A stretch of DNA of 64,000 nt, taken from assembly GCA_963755125.1 (NCBI GenBank), contig CAVWIP010000017.1, positions 160,001 to 224,000 on the forward strand, written 5' to 3'. The DNA comes from an uncultured delta proteobacterium. Its GTDB lineage: Bacteria; Myxococcota_A; Polyangia; Fen-1088. Made by a program: the position numbers and the translations under genes. Every line of letters starts with the position of its first letter. The stretch's first letter is position 1. The notes under the pieces were generated by a model. The model worked only from the letters and a program-made list of their open reading frames with translations. It ran no database searches and was not told the DNA's origin. This document shows, piece after piece, positions 1 to 8,884 of this stretch.

Positions 1-783
1 CTCGGATTTATCCTGGGTCACGGCAGCCTTGACCTCGTCCGAGGTCATGTCGCTGCGCCATCGGGTGACGTCGAGTCCCACCTCCTTGGCGATCTTCTCC
101 AGCACCGCCGGGGTGAGGGAGTCGGCATTGGCCCACACCTTGTCGTTGTAGGGCCAGAACTTGCCCTGTTTGTGGGCGGCCGTGGCGGCCTCGGCCGCCA
201 GGCGCGCGTTGGTGTGGGAACTCAGGGGGAAGTGCTTGAAGCAGAGCCTCACCTGCCGCGGGTAGGTGTCGAGGACTTGTCGCATGAGCGCCTGAGCCGT
301 GCGGCAGTGCGGGCATTCGTAGTCGACGAATTCGATCAGAGTGACCCGCGCGTCGGCCGGACCCTTGTTGGGCGCTCGACTGATGTCGATGTCCTTGTGG
401 ACCACCTCGCGATAACGGTTCTGCAACTCCTCGGCTATCTCGGAGTCGGTGTAGCCGGAGTCGACCAGCTTGGCTACGTATCGGACCGCGAACACCGAGC
501 GCCTACAGCCAGCGTCGTGCTTGACCGAGTAGATGAGGCTGTGACCCTTGCCGCAGCTTGATGGCTCCCGGTTGACCACGCGAAAGAAGACCTTGCGTTC
601 ATACTCGTCCAGCTTGGAGAGGTCGATGCCAGGCGGGGGCGAGGTATCGATCTCACCCGATCCCTTGCCGTCGGCTGGTTTGTCCTCGGTGGCCAGGACC
701 GGCCGATGAAGGGGCGTCCACGCGCCCAGGAAGGCGAATAGGGCGGCGGACGCAAGACCAAAACGGGATAGGACGGGGGGCAT
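1..783 (-). CDS. DsbA/thioredoxin-fold protein, exported (3' end beyond window edge)
   Basis: Manual translation from the ATG at 783 gives a signal-like N-terminus and 'VTLIEFVDYECPHC...FKHFPL..H..A..AAEAA.AAHKQGKFW' (CxxC, DsbA-like). It is absent from the ORF track because it runs off the edge. Confidence 0.85.
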   Translation of the reverse strand, partial: MPPVLSRFGLASAALFAFLGAWTPLHRPVLATEDKPADGKGSGEIDTSPPPGIDLSKLDEYERKVFFRVVNREPSSCGKGHSLIYSVKHDAGCRRSVFAVRYVAKLVDSGYTDSEIAEELQNRYREVVHKDIDISRAPNKGPADARVTLIEFVDYECPHCRTAQALMRQVLDTYPRQVRLCFKHFPLSSHTNARLAAEAATAAHKQGKFWPYNDKVWANADSLTPAVLEKIAKEVGLDVTRWRSDMTSDEVKAAVTQDKSE

Positions 784-900
784 CGAGGCGAAGATTAGAA
801 ACCACCGCGGCGCAAGTCAAACGCCGATGCGGAGTCTCGACCCCAATTGACGAAGCCCGCAGCGCCGGCCAGTATTAGCCCGTCGTCGGACGATACCACC

Positions 901-1302
901 ATGGGGTCGGATTACACAGCCGCCGCACTTGCCATCCTGACTGGGGTCGGGATGGCCGTCGCCTTCAGCGCGCTGGCGCGCTTCGTGGGCGAGCGGCGCG
1001 TGACCCGGGCCAAGCAGATCGCGTACGAGGCTGGCTCGGACCCGGTGGGCAGCCCGTGGGTGCGCATGCCGGTGCGTTTCTACCCGGTCGCGATCCTTTT
1101 CTTGGTGTTCGACATCGAGGTGGCGTTTCTCTACCCATGGGCCATCAACTACGCGTCCTTGTCGTGTGCGGAACCCCTGGTCAAGGGCACGTGCCAGGCC
1201 GGCGTTTCGTGGTTGGGCGTGGGCACCGTCGGGTTCTTCATGGCGGTGTTGCTGGTCGCGCTCGCCTACGTGTGGCGCAAGCGCGCGATCGGATGGGACT
1301 AG
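901..1302 (+). CDS. nuoA: NADH-quinone oxidoreductase subunit A
   Basis: 'YEAGSDP', 'FYPVAILFLVFDIEVAFLYPWA', C-terminal 'YVWRKRAIGWD'. Confidence 0.95.
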   Translation: MGSDYTAAALAILTGVGMAVAFSALARFVGERRVTRAKQIAYEAGSDPVGSPWVRMPVRFYPVAILFLVFDIEVAFLYPWAINYASLSCAEPLVKGTCQAGVSWLGVGTVGFFMAVLLVALAYVWRKRAIGWD

Positions 1303-1305
1303 GAG

Positions 1306-1848
1306 ATGCCATTCTCGGTCTACACGTCGAAACTGGCCCAGGCGGTGAACTGGGCGCGCAAGTTCTCGCTGTTCGAGTATCCCTTTGTCACCGCCTGCTG
1401 TGGCATGGAGTTCATGGCGACCTGGGCGCCCAAGTACGACATCGCGCGCTTCGGGGCCGAACTGCCGCGCTTTTCCCCACGCCAGGCGGATCTGCTCATC
1501 GTGGTGGGGACCATCACCGAGCGCCAGGGGCCGGTGCTTCGCCGCATTTACGATCAGATGTGCGAGCCCAAGTGGGTCATCGCATACGGTGTGTGCGCGT
1601 CGACCGGCGGTTTCTACCAGAACTACTCGGCCATGCCGGGCGCCGATCAGGTCATTCCCGTGGACGTGTACATTCCCGGCTGCCCGCCGCGGCCCGAGCA
1701 GATGCTGGACGCGCTGGTGATGCTGCAGGAACGCATCCAGAAGGGCGAGGGTCACAGCCAGGTGGTGCTGAGGGCCGAGCGGGGCTATGTCGCGCCCGAC
1801 GTGGCCATCCGGCCCGCCGGCGATACAAGGGAAGGGAGCGGCCGCTAG
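1306..1848 (+). CDS. nuoB: NADH-quinone oxidoreductase subunit B
   Basis: 'TACCGMEFM', 'SPRQADLLIVVGT', 'VDVYIPGCPPRPE'. Confidence 0.97.
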   Translation: MPFSVYTSKLAQAVNWARKFSLFEYPFVTACCGMEFMATWAPKYDIARFGAELPRFSPRQADLLIVVGTITERQGPVLRRIYDQMCEPKWVIAYGVCASTGGFYQNYSAMPGADQVIPVDVYIPGCPPRPEQMLDALVMLQERIQKGEGHSQVVLRAERGYVAPDVAIRPAGDTREGSGR

Positions 1849-1860
1849 GGCCTGCGAGAC

Positions 1861-2355
1861 ATGGCCAAGATCATCCTCGACCGGCTCGCCCAGCAGTTCG
1901 TGGCGGGCGAAATCCTGGAAACCGGATCGCAGCACGGCAACGAGTGGGCGCGCGTGGCGCCGGCGCACTGGCGCGCGGTGGCGCAGTTTCTGCGCGACGA
2001 TGCGGTCGCCGCGCTCAACATGTTCATCGATCTGACCTGCGTGGATCGACTGGGCCGCACGCCACGTTTCGACGTGGTGATGCATCTGTATTCGGTGGAC
2101 AAGAAGCATCGGGTGCGGCTTCTGGCCGGGCTGCCCGAGGACGATTCCAGCATCGACTCTTTGGTGGCGCTGTGGCCGGGCGCGAACTGGTTCGAACGCG
2201 AGGCCTTTGATCTCTACGGCGTGCACTTCGTGGGCCACCCGGATCTGCGCCGCATTTTGATGTACCCAGAATTCGTGGGCCATCCCTTGCGCAAGGACTT
2301 TCCCAAGGAAGGGCGCCAGCCGCTGTTGCGCCGGTTGCCCGGCAGTGTGGACTAG
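1861..2355 (+). CDS. nuoC: NADH-quinone oxidoreductase subunit C
   Basis: 'ANWFEREAFDLYGVHFVGHPDLRRILM...GHPLRKDFP'. Confidence 0.96.
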   Translation: MAKIILDRLAQQFVAGEILETGSQHGNEWARVAPAHWRAVAQFLRDDAVAALNMFIDLTCVDRLGRTPRFDVVMHLYSVDKKHRVRLLAGLPEDDSSIDSLVALWPGANWFEREAFDLYGVHFVGHPDLRRILMYPEFVGHPLRKDFPKEGRQPLLRRLPGSVD

Positions 2356-2359
2356 AGTG

Positions 2360-3613
2360 ATGGACGACTCATCTCAGACTGCCCGCCGCGTGGTGATGGA
2401 TTTTGGCGACGCCGCCAATCTCCCCGATGATGACGAGCTGCCCACGGAATCCATGCCGCTCAACATGGGGCCTTCGCACCCTGCGATGCACGGGACGGTG
2501 CGCATGGTTCTCGAAGTCGAGGGCGAGAAGATCCGCAGCGCCGACGTGCAGATCGGCTTTTTGCACCGGTGCTTCGAGAAGGAAGCGGAGAACGCCACCT
2601 GGACCCAGATCTTCCCCTACACCGACCGCCTCAACTACGTGTCGCCCATGCTGTGCAACGTGGGTTACGCCCTAGCCGTGGAGAAGCTGCTCGACATCGA
2701 CAGGAAAATTCCCGCGCGCGCGCAGTTCATCCGGGTCATCGTCGGCGAGATCTCGCGCATCACCGATCACCTGACCTGTCTGGCCGCCAGCGCGATGGAG
2801 CTGGCCGCGTTCACCGTGTTCTTCTATCTGATGAAGGCGCGCGAATGGTTGTGGGAACTTCTGGAGGAAGTCTCGGGCGCGCGCCTGACCCACAGCTACG
2901 TGCGCATCGGCGGCGTGGTCGCCGATCTGACGGATGACTTCTGTCCCAAGCTGCGCGATGTCTTGCGCCGCTGTCGCGCCGCCATCGCTGATGCGGACAA
3001 GCTGCTGACCGGCAACCGCATCTTCCGCGACCGCATGGACGGGATTGCCATCATCACGCGCGACGACGCCATCGGCTGGGGACTGACCGGGCCGGTGGGC
3101 CGCTCGGCCGGTCTCGACTACGACGTGCGCAAGGACCATCCCTATCTGGTCTACGATCGCTTCGACTTCGACGTGCCGGTGGGCTCGAAGGGCGACAACT
3201 TCGATCGCTACGCGGTTCGCCTGGAAGAGATGCGGCAGTCGATGCGCATCCTGGAACAGGCCATGGATTTGCTGCCCGCCGGCCCGGTTCTCATCAACGA
3301 CGCCCGCGTCGCGCTGCCGCCCAAACGCGAGGTGTACAACACCATCGAGTCCATGATCGCGCACTTCAAATTGATCATGGACGGCATCGTGGTGCCGCCC
3401 GGCGAGATTTACTCGTTCACCGAGGGTGGTAACGGCGAACTGGGTTTCTACATCGTATCCGACGGCACCGGCCAACCGTGGAAGTGTCGCGTGCGGCCGC
3501 CCTGCTTCGCCCACACCGCCGTGCTCAACAAGGTTCTGCCCGGGCTGTTCATCGCCGACGTGGTCCCGACTTTCGGGATGATCAACATGATCGGCGGGGA
3601 GTGCGATCGCTGA
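2360..3613 (+). CDS. nuoD: NADH-quinone oxidoreductase subunit D
   Basis: 'NMGPSHPAMHG', 'GFLHRCFEK', 'DRLNY', C-terminal 'GECDR'. Confidence 0.97.
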   Translation: MDDSSQTARRVVMDFGDAANLPDDDELPTESMPLNMGPSHPAMHGTVRMVLEVEGEKIRSADVQIGFLHRCFEKEAENATWTQIFPYTDRLNYVSPMLCNVGYALAVEKLLDIDRKIPARAQFIRVIVGEISRITDHLTCLAASAMELAAFTVFFYLMKAREWLWELLEEVSGARLTHSYVRIGGVVADLTDDFCPKLRDVLRRCRAAIADADKLLTGNRIFRDRMDGIAIITRDDAIGWGLTGPVGRSAGLDYDVRKDHPYLVYDRFDFDVPVGSKGDNFDRYAVRLEEMRQSMRILEQAMDLLPAGPVLINDARVALPPKREVYNTIESMIAHFKLIMDGIVVPPGEIYSFTEGGNGELGFYIVSDGTGQPWKCRVRPPCFAHTAVLNKVLPGLFIADVVPTFGMINMIGGECDR

Positions 3614-5190
3614 TGGCAGGCGAGATGCCAGCAAAGGCTGCAGCGCGGGCTAGCGTGAAGATGGTCATCGACGGCCAGCCCCACGAGTTTCCCGCGGGTT
3701 TGACCATTCTGGAGGCCTGCCAGCGTGTGGGGAGCAAGGTGCCGTTTTTCTGCTGGCACCCCGGCCTGTCGGCGCCCGCGGTCTGTCGCCAGTGTCTGGT
3801 CGAGATCAAGGGATTCCCCAAGCCGATTCCATCCTGCTACACGCCGGTGGCTGACAAGATGGAGGTCATCACCAACTCGCCCAAGGTGCTGGATGTACGG
3901 CGGCAGATGCTGGAATTCACGCTGCTCAACCATCCCATCGATTGCCCGATCTGCGACAAAGCCGGTGAGTGCCTGTTGCAGAAGCACTACTTCGACTGGG
4001 ACGCGCGCCTGGCCCGCAACGACGGCAGCAAGGTGCGCAAGGCCAAGGTGGTCAACGTCGGCCGCCACATCGTACTCGACCAGGAGCGCTGCATTCTCTG
4101 CTCGCGCTGCATTCGCGTGTGCAACGAAGTGGCGCGCCAGCCGGATCTGGTCATGGCGTTTCGCGGGGATCGCCAGCTTCTGACCACGGCGCCGGGGCGG
4201 CGATTGGACAATCCCTATTCGCTCAACACCGTCAACGTCTGTCCGGTGGGCGCGCTGACTGCCAAGGATTTTCGTTTTTCCATGCGCGCCTGGGAAATAT
4301 GGGCCACGCCCTCGGTGTGTCCCGGCTGCGCCACGGGCTGCAATATCGAGATCCACGCGGCCCGCAACGTGATCCGGCGCCTGATTCCGCGGCTCAACCC
4401 GGCCGTGAACAAGTACTGGATGTGCGACGAGGGGCGGCTGAGCTACAAGCCGGTGCACGAGAATAGGCTGGCCGCGCCCATGGTGGCAGGCGCACCGACG
4501 AGTTGGGACGCTGCCCTGGCCGAAGCGGCCCGTCTGCTCGCCCAGGCCCGCGACAAGTCGCCTTCGACCCTGGGCGTGGTCGTGTCGGCCCAGATGACCA
4601 ACGAGGAGATCTTTGCATTCTCGCGCCTGGCCACCGAGCAGCTGCGAACCAGCAAGATCTACCTGGCGGGAGCGCCGGAGGGCTGGTGCGACGACGTCCT
4701 GGTGAGCGCCGACAAGAATCCCAACACCACCGGGGCCAAGTTGATCGTGGGACCGAGCCTGCGCACGGCCGCGGATCTGAAGCAGGATCGGGAGGCTGGA
4801 GTTGTGACAGCGTTGCTCGTGGTCGGCGGTGCGGCCGACTCGTGCGACTCGCTGCAGACCTTGGTTGTCGTGGCTTCGCACCAGGGCCCGCCGGTCGCAG
4901 CCGCGCAGGTGGCGCTGCCCCTGGCTATGTGGGCCGAGGTTGACGGCAGCTTCACCAACCGGCAAGCCAAGGTGCAGCGCCTGCACGCGGCCATCGCGCC
5001 GGCCGGGCAATCTCGGCCTGGCTGGGAAATTGCGGCCCGGCTGGGACGTGCGCTGGGCGCGGCGTGGGCGTATGCCGATGCGAAGCAGGTATTCAGCGAG
5101 ACCTGCGACAAGGTCACCTTGCTGAGCGGGGCTGACTGGGGCACAGCGGAGATGCCGGTGCAACTTCGTTTCGCCAATTCGAGGGGGTAG
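3613..5190 (+). CDS. nuoG: NADH-quinone oxidoreductase subunit G-like Fe-S protein (about 525 aa)
   Basis: FC..CRQC..C (N1b), 'HPIDCPICDKAGEC' (N5), 'CILCSRC..CPVGAL' (N4), 'CPGCATGC..CDEGR' (N7). The ATG overlaps the nuoD stop. Confidence 0.9.
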   Translation: MAGEMPAKAAARASVKMVIDGQPHEFPAGLTILEACQRVGSKVPFFCWHPGLSAPAVCRQCLVEIKGFPKPIPSCYTPVADKMEVITNSPKVLDVRRQMLEFTLLNHPIDCPICDKAGECLLQKHYFDWDARLARNDGSKVRKAKVVNVGRHIVLDQERCILCSRCIRVCNEVARQPDLVMAFRGDRQLLTTAPGRRLDNPYSLNTVNVCPVGALTAKDFRFSMRAWEIWATPSVCPGCATGCNIEIHAARNVIRRLIPRLNPAVNKYWMCDEGRLSYKPVHENRLAAPMVAGAPTSWDAALAEAARLLAQARDKSPSTLGVVVSAQMTNEEIFAFSRLATEQLRTSKIYLAGAPEGWCDDVLVSADKNPNTTGAKLIVGPSLRTAADLKQDREAGVVTALLVVGGAADSCDSLQTLVVVASHQGPPVAAAQVALPLAMWAEVDGSFTNRQAKVQRLHAAIAPAGQSRPGWEIAARLGRALGAAWAYADAKQVFSETCDKVTLLSGADWGTAEMPVQLRFANSRG

Positions 5191-5195
5191 GGGAG

Positions 5196-6308
5196 ATGTC
5201 GGGCGCGCAACTTCTTTCCTACGGTCAGCCCGGCTTCGCCATCGCGGCGGCCCTCATCAAGATCCTGGCGTTCATCGTGCTCTTCGCCATGGGCCTGGCC
5301 AGCCTGCTCACCTGGTTGGAGCGGCGCCAGTCGGCCATGATGCAAGACCGGCTGGGCCCCAACCGCGCCAACATCGGGCGCTGGCGCGCCTGGGGCATCC
5401 TGCACTTCGTCGCCGACGCGCTGAAGATGATGTTCAAGGAGGACTTCATCCCGCCCAAGGCAAACCGGTTTCTGTTCACGCTGGCGCCCGTCCTGGCTCT
5501 CGCGCCGCCGCTCATCGTGCTGGCCATCATTCCCTTCGGGGCGCCGCTGTGCTGGGGACAGATGCGCGAGGCGGTTCCGCTCGGCACCTGCGTGGAGCCG
5601 GTGGACCTGCAGATCGCCGTGCTCGACGTGGGCGTGCTGTTCTACTTCGCGTTCGCTTCGTTGTCGGTCTTCGGTGTCACCTTGGCGGGATGGGCCTCGC
5701 ACAACAAGTGGGCCTTGATGGGCGGGTTGCGGGCCGCCTCGCAGATGATTTCCTACGAGGTCACCATGGGCATGGCGGTGCTGGCCATGTTCCTGTCCTA
5801 CGGTACGCTGGAACCGGGTGCCATGGTGCTGCAACAGGGGCCGGCACCCTGGCAGTGGGGGATCGTCCGCGGTGTTCCGCACTTCATCGCGTTTTTTCTG
5901 TTTCTCACAGCGGCCTTCTCGGAAACCAAACGCACGCCTTTTGACTTGCCCGAAGGCGAATCCGAAATCGTGGGCTATTTCGTCGAGTACTCAGGCTTGC
6001 GCTTCGGCATGTTCTATCTGGGCGAGTTCATCGAGGTCATCGGCTCGTCCGCGCTGATGGTGACCATCTTCCTGGGTGGCTGGCAGATCTGGGGCGCCAG
6101 CGTTTTGCCCAACTGGGCCCATGTGCTTCTGTCGGTGCTGGTGTGGTCAGGCAAGGTCTTCCTCTTCTGCGTGTTCCAGTTGGCAGTGCGCTGGACGCTG
6201 CCGCGTTTTCGCGCGGATCAGTTGATGCGGCTGGGCTGGCAGCGGCTGCTTCCATTGTCAATCGCTAATGTCGTGCTGGCCGCGTGCTGGCAGATGTGGA
6301 TTCGCTAG
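5196..6308 (+). CDS. nuoH: NADH-quinone oxidoreductase subunit H
   Basis: 'ERRQSAMMQDRLGPNR', 'RTPFDLPEGESE', 'LPRFRADQLMRLGW'. Confidence 0.97.
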   Translation: MSGAQLLSYGQPGFAIAAALIKILAFIVLFAMGLASLLTWLERRQSAMMQDRLGPNRANIGRWRAWGILHFVADALKMMFKEDFIPPKANRFLFTLAPVLALAPPLIVLAIIPFGAPLCWGQMREAVPLGTCVEPVDLQIAVLDVGVLFYFAFASLSVFGVTLAGWASHNKWALMGGLRAASQMISYEVTMGMAVLAMFLSYGTLEPGAMVLQQGPAPWQWGIVRGVPHFIAFFLFLTAAFSETKRTPFDLPEGESEIVGYFVEYSGLRFGMFYLGEFIEVIGSSALMVTIFLGGWQIWGASVLPNWAHVLLSVLVWSGKVFLFCVFQLAVRWTLPRFRADQLMRLGWQRLLPLSIANVVLAACWQMWIR

Positions 6309-6865
6309 TGGCCGCGACGGTGAAAACTGTCAGCCGGCCTGCGGGATGGAAGCGTCGAAGCTATCTGTGGGGAACGATGCAGGGACTGTGCGTGACCTTC
6401 GGGCATTTTCTGCGCAACTGGCCCCGCAATCTTCTCGGCTGGCGCGCGCAGTCCGACATCGTGACCCTGGCCTATCCCGAGGAGAAACGAGCATACCCGC
6501 CGCGCAACCGGGGATTGCACCGCCTGATGAAACGGGCCGACGGGCAGGTTCGCTGCGTGGCCTGCATGATGTGTCCCACGGCGTGCCCCGCCCATTGCAT
6601 CAGCATCGTTCCCGAAGAATCGCAGGATCCGCGCATCGAGAAGCGGCCTCGCATTTTCCAGATCGACGAACTCCGCTGCGTGGTGTGCGGCCTGTGCGTG
6701 GAGGCTTGCCCGTGCGACGCCATTCGCATGGACACCGGGATCCACGCCTGGCCAACCATCCGTCGCGCTGATGCCATCCTGGACAAGGAAGAACTGCTCT
6801 CGCGTGGCGAGATTTCGAGCGCAACTCAAGGAGGCGCCGGACTTTTCTGGCGAGATCGGAAGTAG
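6308..6865 (+). CDS. nuoI: NADH-quinone oxidoreductase subunit I
   Basis: 'YPEEK' and two CxxCxxCxxxCP motifs; the GTG overlaps the nuoH stop. Confidence 0.93.
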   Translation: MAATVKTVSRPAGWKRRSYLWGTMQGLCVTFGHFLRNWPRNLLGWRAQSDIVTLAYPEEKRAYPPRNRGLHRLMKRADGQVRCVACMMCPTACPAHCISIVPEESQDPRIEKRPRIFQIDELRCVVCGLCVEACPCDAIRMDTGIHAWPTIRRADAILDKEELLSRGEISSATQGGAGLFWRDRK

Positions 6866-7167
6866 GGAGAATTCTTTCTTGACCGTCGCTGAGCAGAGGC
6901 ACATGATCGTAAGTGAACCCTCTGTGCGGTTCGACAGCCGGACGAGATTCTTTTCCCTACAAATTGAATTCTGGGAGCCGCCTCTGGCCGTTGGAATGTG
7001 CACGCCCGCTAGAGTCGGGAAGCCCGATGCGGCTAATTCTGTGGCTCCCCCCTTACGAAAGTAGGGGCTAGGAACTCATCCGGAACGGCCGAGGCGGAGG
7101 GTTCACTACTTTTCTCCTCGGGCACGGCATTCGCAGGGTTGCAGCCCCATGCAACACCGTGTCCGAA

Positions 7168-7539
7168 ATGGAAGCCAATCCGCAGCCATCATTCCCGTCG
7201 TCGATATGGGAACCCTGGGAGGGTTCCCATGCCCTGGCGATGGTACGCGGCCGGCAAAGCCGGCCGGCTCCCCACGCGACCCGACCGAACCTCGGACAGA
7301 CCAGCGGAATTCCGGCCAAGCCGCCGCGGCTGCTGGACCAGGTGCGAGCGAGCCTTCGCGCCCGCCACTACAGCGCGCGCACCGAGAAAGCGTACGTCGC
7401 ATGGATTCGCCGGTTCATCCTGTTCCACGGCAAGCGCCATCCCGAATCCATGGCCGAGGTCGAGATCGGCGCCTATCTGTCCAGTCTGGCCGAGGCCAAG
7501 GTCAGCTCGTCGACCCAGAACCAGGCCCTGGCTGCGCTG
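7168..7539 (+). pseudogene. intI: Integron integrase, N-terminal fragment only (catalytic domain missing)
   Basis: 'PRLLDQVRASLRARHYSARTEKAYVAWIRRFILFHGKRHP...VSSSTQNQALAAL' is the typical IntI N-terminal domain. Similarity stops near 7539 and no R-H-R-Y catalytic region follows. Start position uncertain. Confidence 0.88.
7207..7279 (+). repeat. ~73-bp palindromic element, copy A (second copy at 57403-57477)
   Basis: TGGGAACCCTGGGAGGGTTCCCATGCCCT..GCGATGGTACGCGGCCGGCAAAGCCGGCCGGCTCCCCACGCGA aligns with the reverse complement of 57403-57477. Confidence 0.85.
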
Positions 7540-7639
7540 GTTCCGCGGCTCAGTTCAACTTGGGTTTGCTGGAAAGGCCACCGTCGAGGAGGCGCCCACG
7601 CCGGGTCCCGATGGACCGTCTCGTCTTCTCGTGCGATCA

Positions 7640-7669
7640 TCAATTCCAGCAAACCCTATTGGTTCGGCG
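7640..7669 (+). other. Probable attI/core recombination site starting cassette 1
   Basis: GTTCGGCG (7662-7669) is the exact complement of CGCCGAAC (10459-10466), the R'' of the first attC. No attC hairpin lies upstream. Confidence 0.5.
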
Positions 7670-7736
7670 GACGCCCCGCGGTCGGGGCGATTCGGGCGGT
7701 AGAGGAGACGACGAAAGAGGCGTATGATGCGCAGCC

Positions 7737-7889
7737 ATGGCATGGCATATCCGCAATAAGCCAGGCTCTGGCCCGCCCAAGCCTCCGCAGCCCCCGAAAC
7801 CTCCGAAGCCGCCCCAACCTCCGAAGCCGCCGCGGCCACCGCACTCGCCGGCCCCTCCCGGTAAAGAGTACTACTGGCGGGATGACTAA
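7737..7889 (+). CDS. 50-aa proline-rich peptide MAWHIRNKPGSGPPKPPQPPKPPKPPQPPKPPRPPHSPAPPGKEYYWRDD
   Basis: Manual translation, below the ORF-track cut-off. The PPX repeat uses varied Pro codons (CCT/CCG/CCC/CCA). The RBS is weakly placed. Confidence 0.55.
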   Translation: MAWHIRNKPGSGPPKPPQPPKPPKPPQPPKPPRPPHSPAPPGKEYYWRDD

Positions 7890-7927
7890 TCTGTTCCGGT
7901 GTCGGTCAGGATGAAAGGCAGAGAGAA

Positions 7928-8626
7928 ATGGCACCAAGAAGGCGACAGAAGGCGGGAGACGACGACGGTGATGCTCAACAGGGCAAGCCCGCTTTCCCGT
8001 ATACAACCAAGCCAGGCACGCTGCGGAAGTTCTTGGACTTCGTCCCCAAGAAGCCAAGACCAACCAAGATCAATTTGGAGTATCTGAAGGGCCTGGGCTT
8101 TCGGGATTCGAACGACCAAACGATCATCAGGGTACTGAAGAGCCTTGGCTTGGTCGGGGAGAATAGCAACGAGCCAACTCCAGCCTATACGGAATTCATG
8201 AAGGAGGGGTCCGGGCCTGCCGCCCTCGGTAAGGCTATCAGGAAAGTATATGCGCCACTTTTCGAGCACTCCCACCAGCCCCACAAGGAGGCTGACGATG
8301 TGCTCAGGAACTACTTCAACATCAGTTCCGGCGGAAGCAAAGCCACGATGTCTTTGCAAATCCAGACATTCAAAGCGCTCTGTGACCATGCGGTCTTTGC
8401 CGGCACGAACGGCTCTCCCGCTGCGGGCCTGCCAATCGACGGCTCCTCAACGGAAAAGGAAGGTGGATCTGGTCGGGCTCCGACCAATGGCCCGGCAATT
8501 CATATTGATTTGCATATTCACCTCCCTGAGAACAAATCCAGCCGGGACTATGAGTACATTCTCCAGGACATTGCGAAGTATATCTACGGGCGAGACATCG
8601 GAGGTAGGAAGGATACCGATGGCTAG
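7928..8626 (+). CDS. DUF5343-like protein (integron cassette 1)
   Basis: 'FPYTTKPGTLRKFLDFV...PTKINLEYLKGLGF..SND..II.VLK.LGL......PT..Y' plus C-terminal 'IHIDLHIHLP....DYE.I'. Lower GC than the backbone. Family recalled, not searched. Confidence 0.75.
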   Translation: MAPRRRQKAGDDDGDAQQGKPAFPYTTKPGTLRKFLDFVPKKPRPTKINLEYLKGLGFRDSNDQTIIRVLKSLGLVGENSNEPTPAYTEFMKEGSGPAALGKAIRKVYAPLFEHSHQPHKEADDVLRNYFNISSGGSKATMSLQIQTFKALCDHAVFAGTNGSPAAGLPIDGSSTEKEGGSGRAPTNGPAIHIDLHIHLPENKSSRDYEYILQDIAKYIYGRDIGGRKDTDG

Positions 8627-8884
8627 CGACGCCGCCAGGTTGTGCGACGCTGTCGCGCAGCTGAACGGCAAGTATGGGTCAAGGAAGTCGCTCTCGTCGC
8701 TTCCGGCCAGCGCGCAGCAAATTGTCGAAGCGCTTGGTCAGTTCATGGACTGCGTGCGATATCTCAATACCCGTCGGAGTGAGGCTGCGATCTTGAAGCT
8801 TGACTCGGAGGCCGCAGTTCAAGACGCTCTCTTTCTGATGCTGCGGCCCTGGATGGAGTTGACCCGATTTGGTGGACGGTTTCG

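Noticed and set aside
6866..7160. LexA box or defined RNA upstream of intI
   Set aside because: Only short hairpins are present (e.g. CCCCTTAC-GAAA-GTAGGGG), and there is no motif I can assign with confidence.
7782..7835. 18-bp tandem repeats as a CRISPR array or iterons
   Set aside because: There are no spacers and no cas genes; the repeats are explained by the Pro-Pro-X coding frame.
7540..7914. C-terminal part of the 251-aa ORF 7159-7914 as real integrase sequence
   Set aside because: It has no tyrosine-recombinase catalytic motifs and is read-through across the truncation into cassette DNA.
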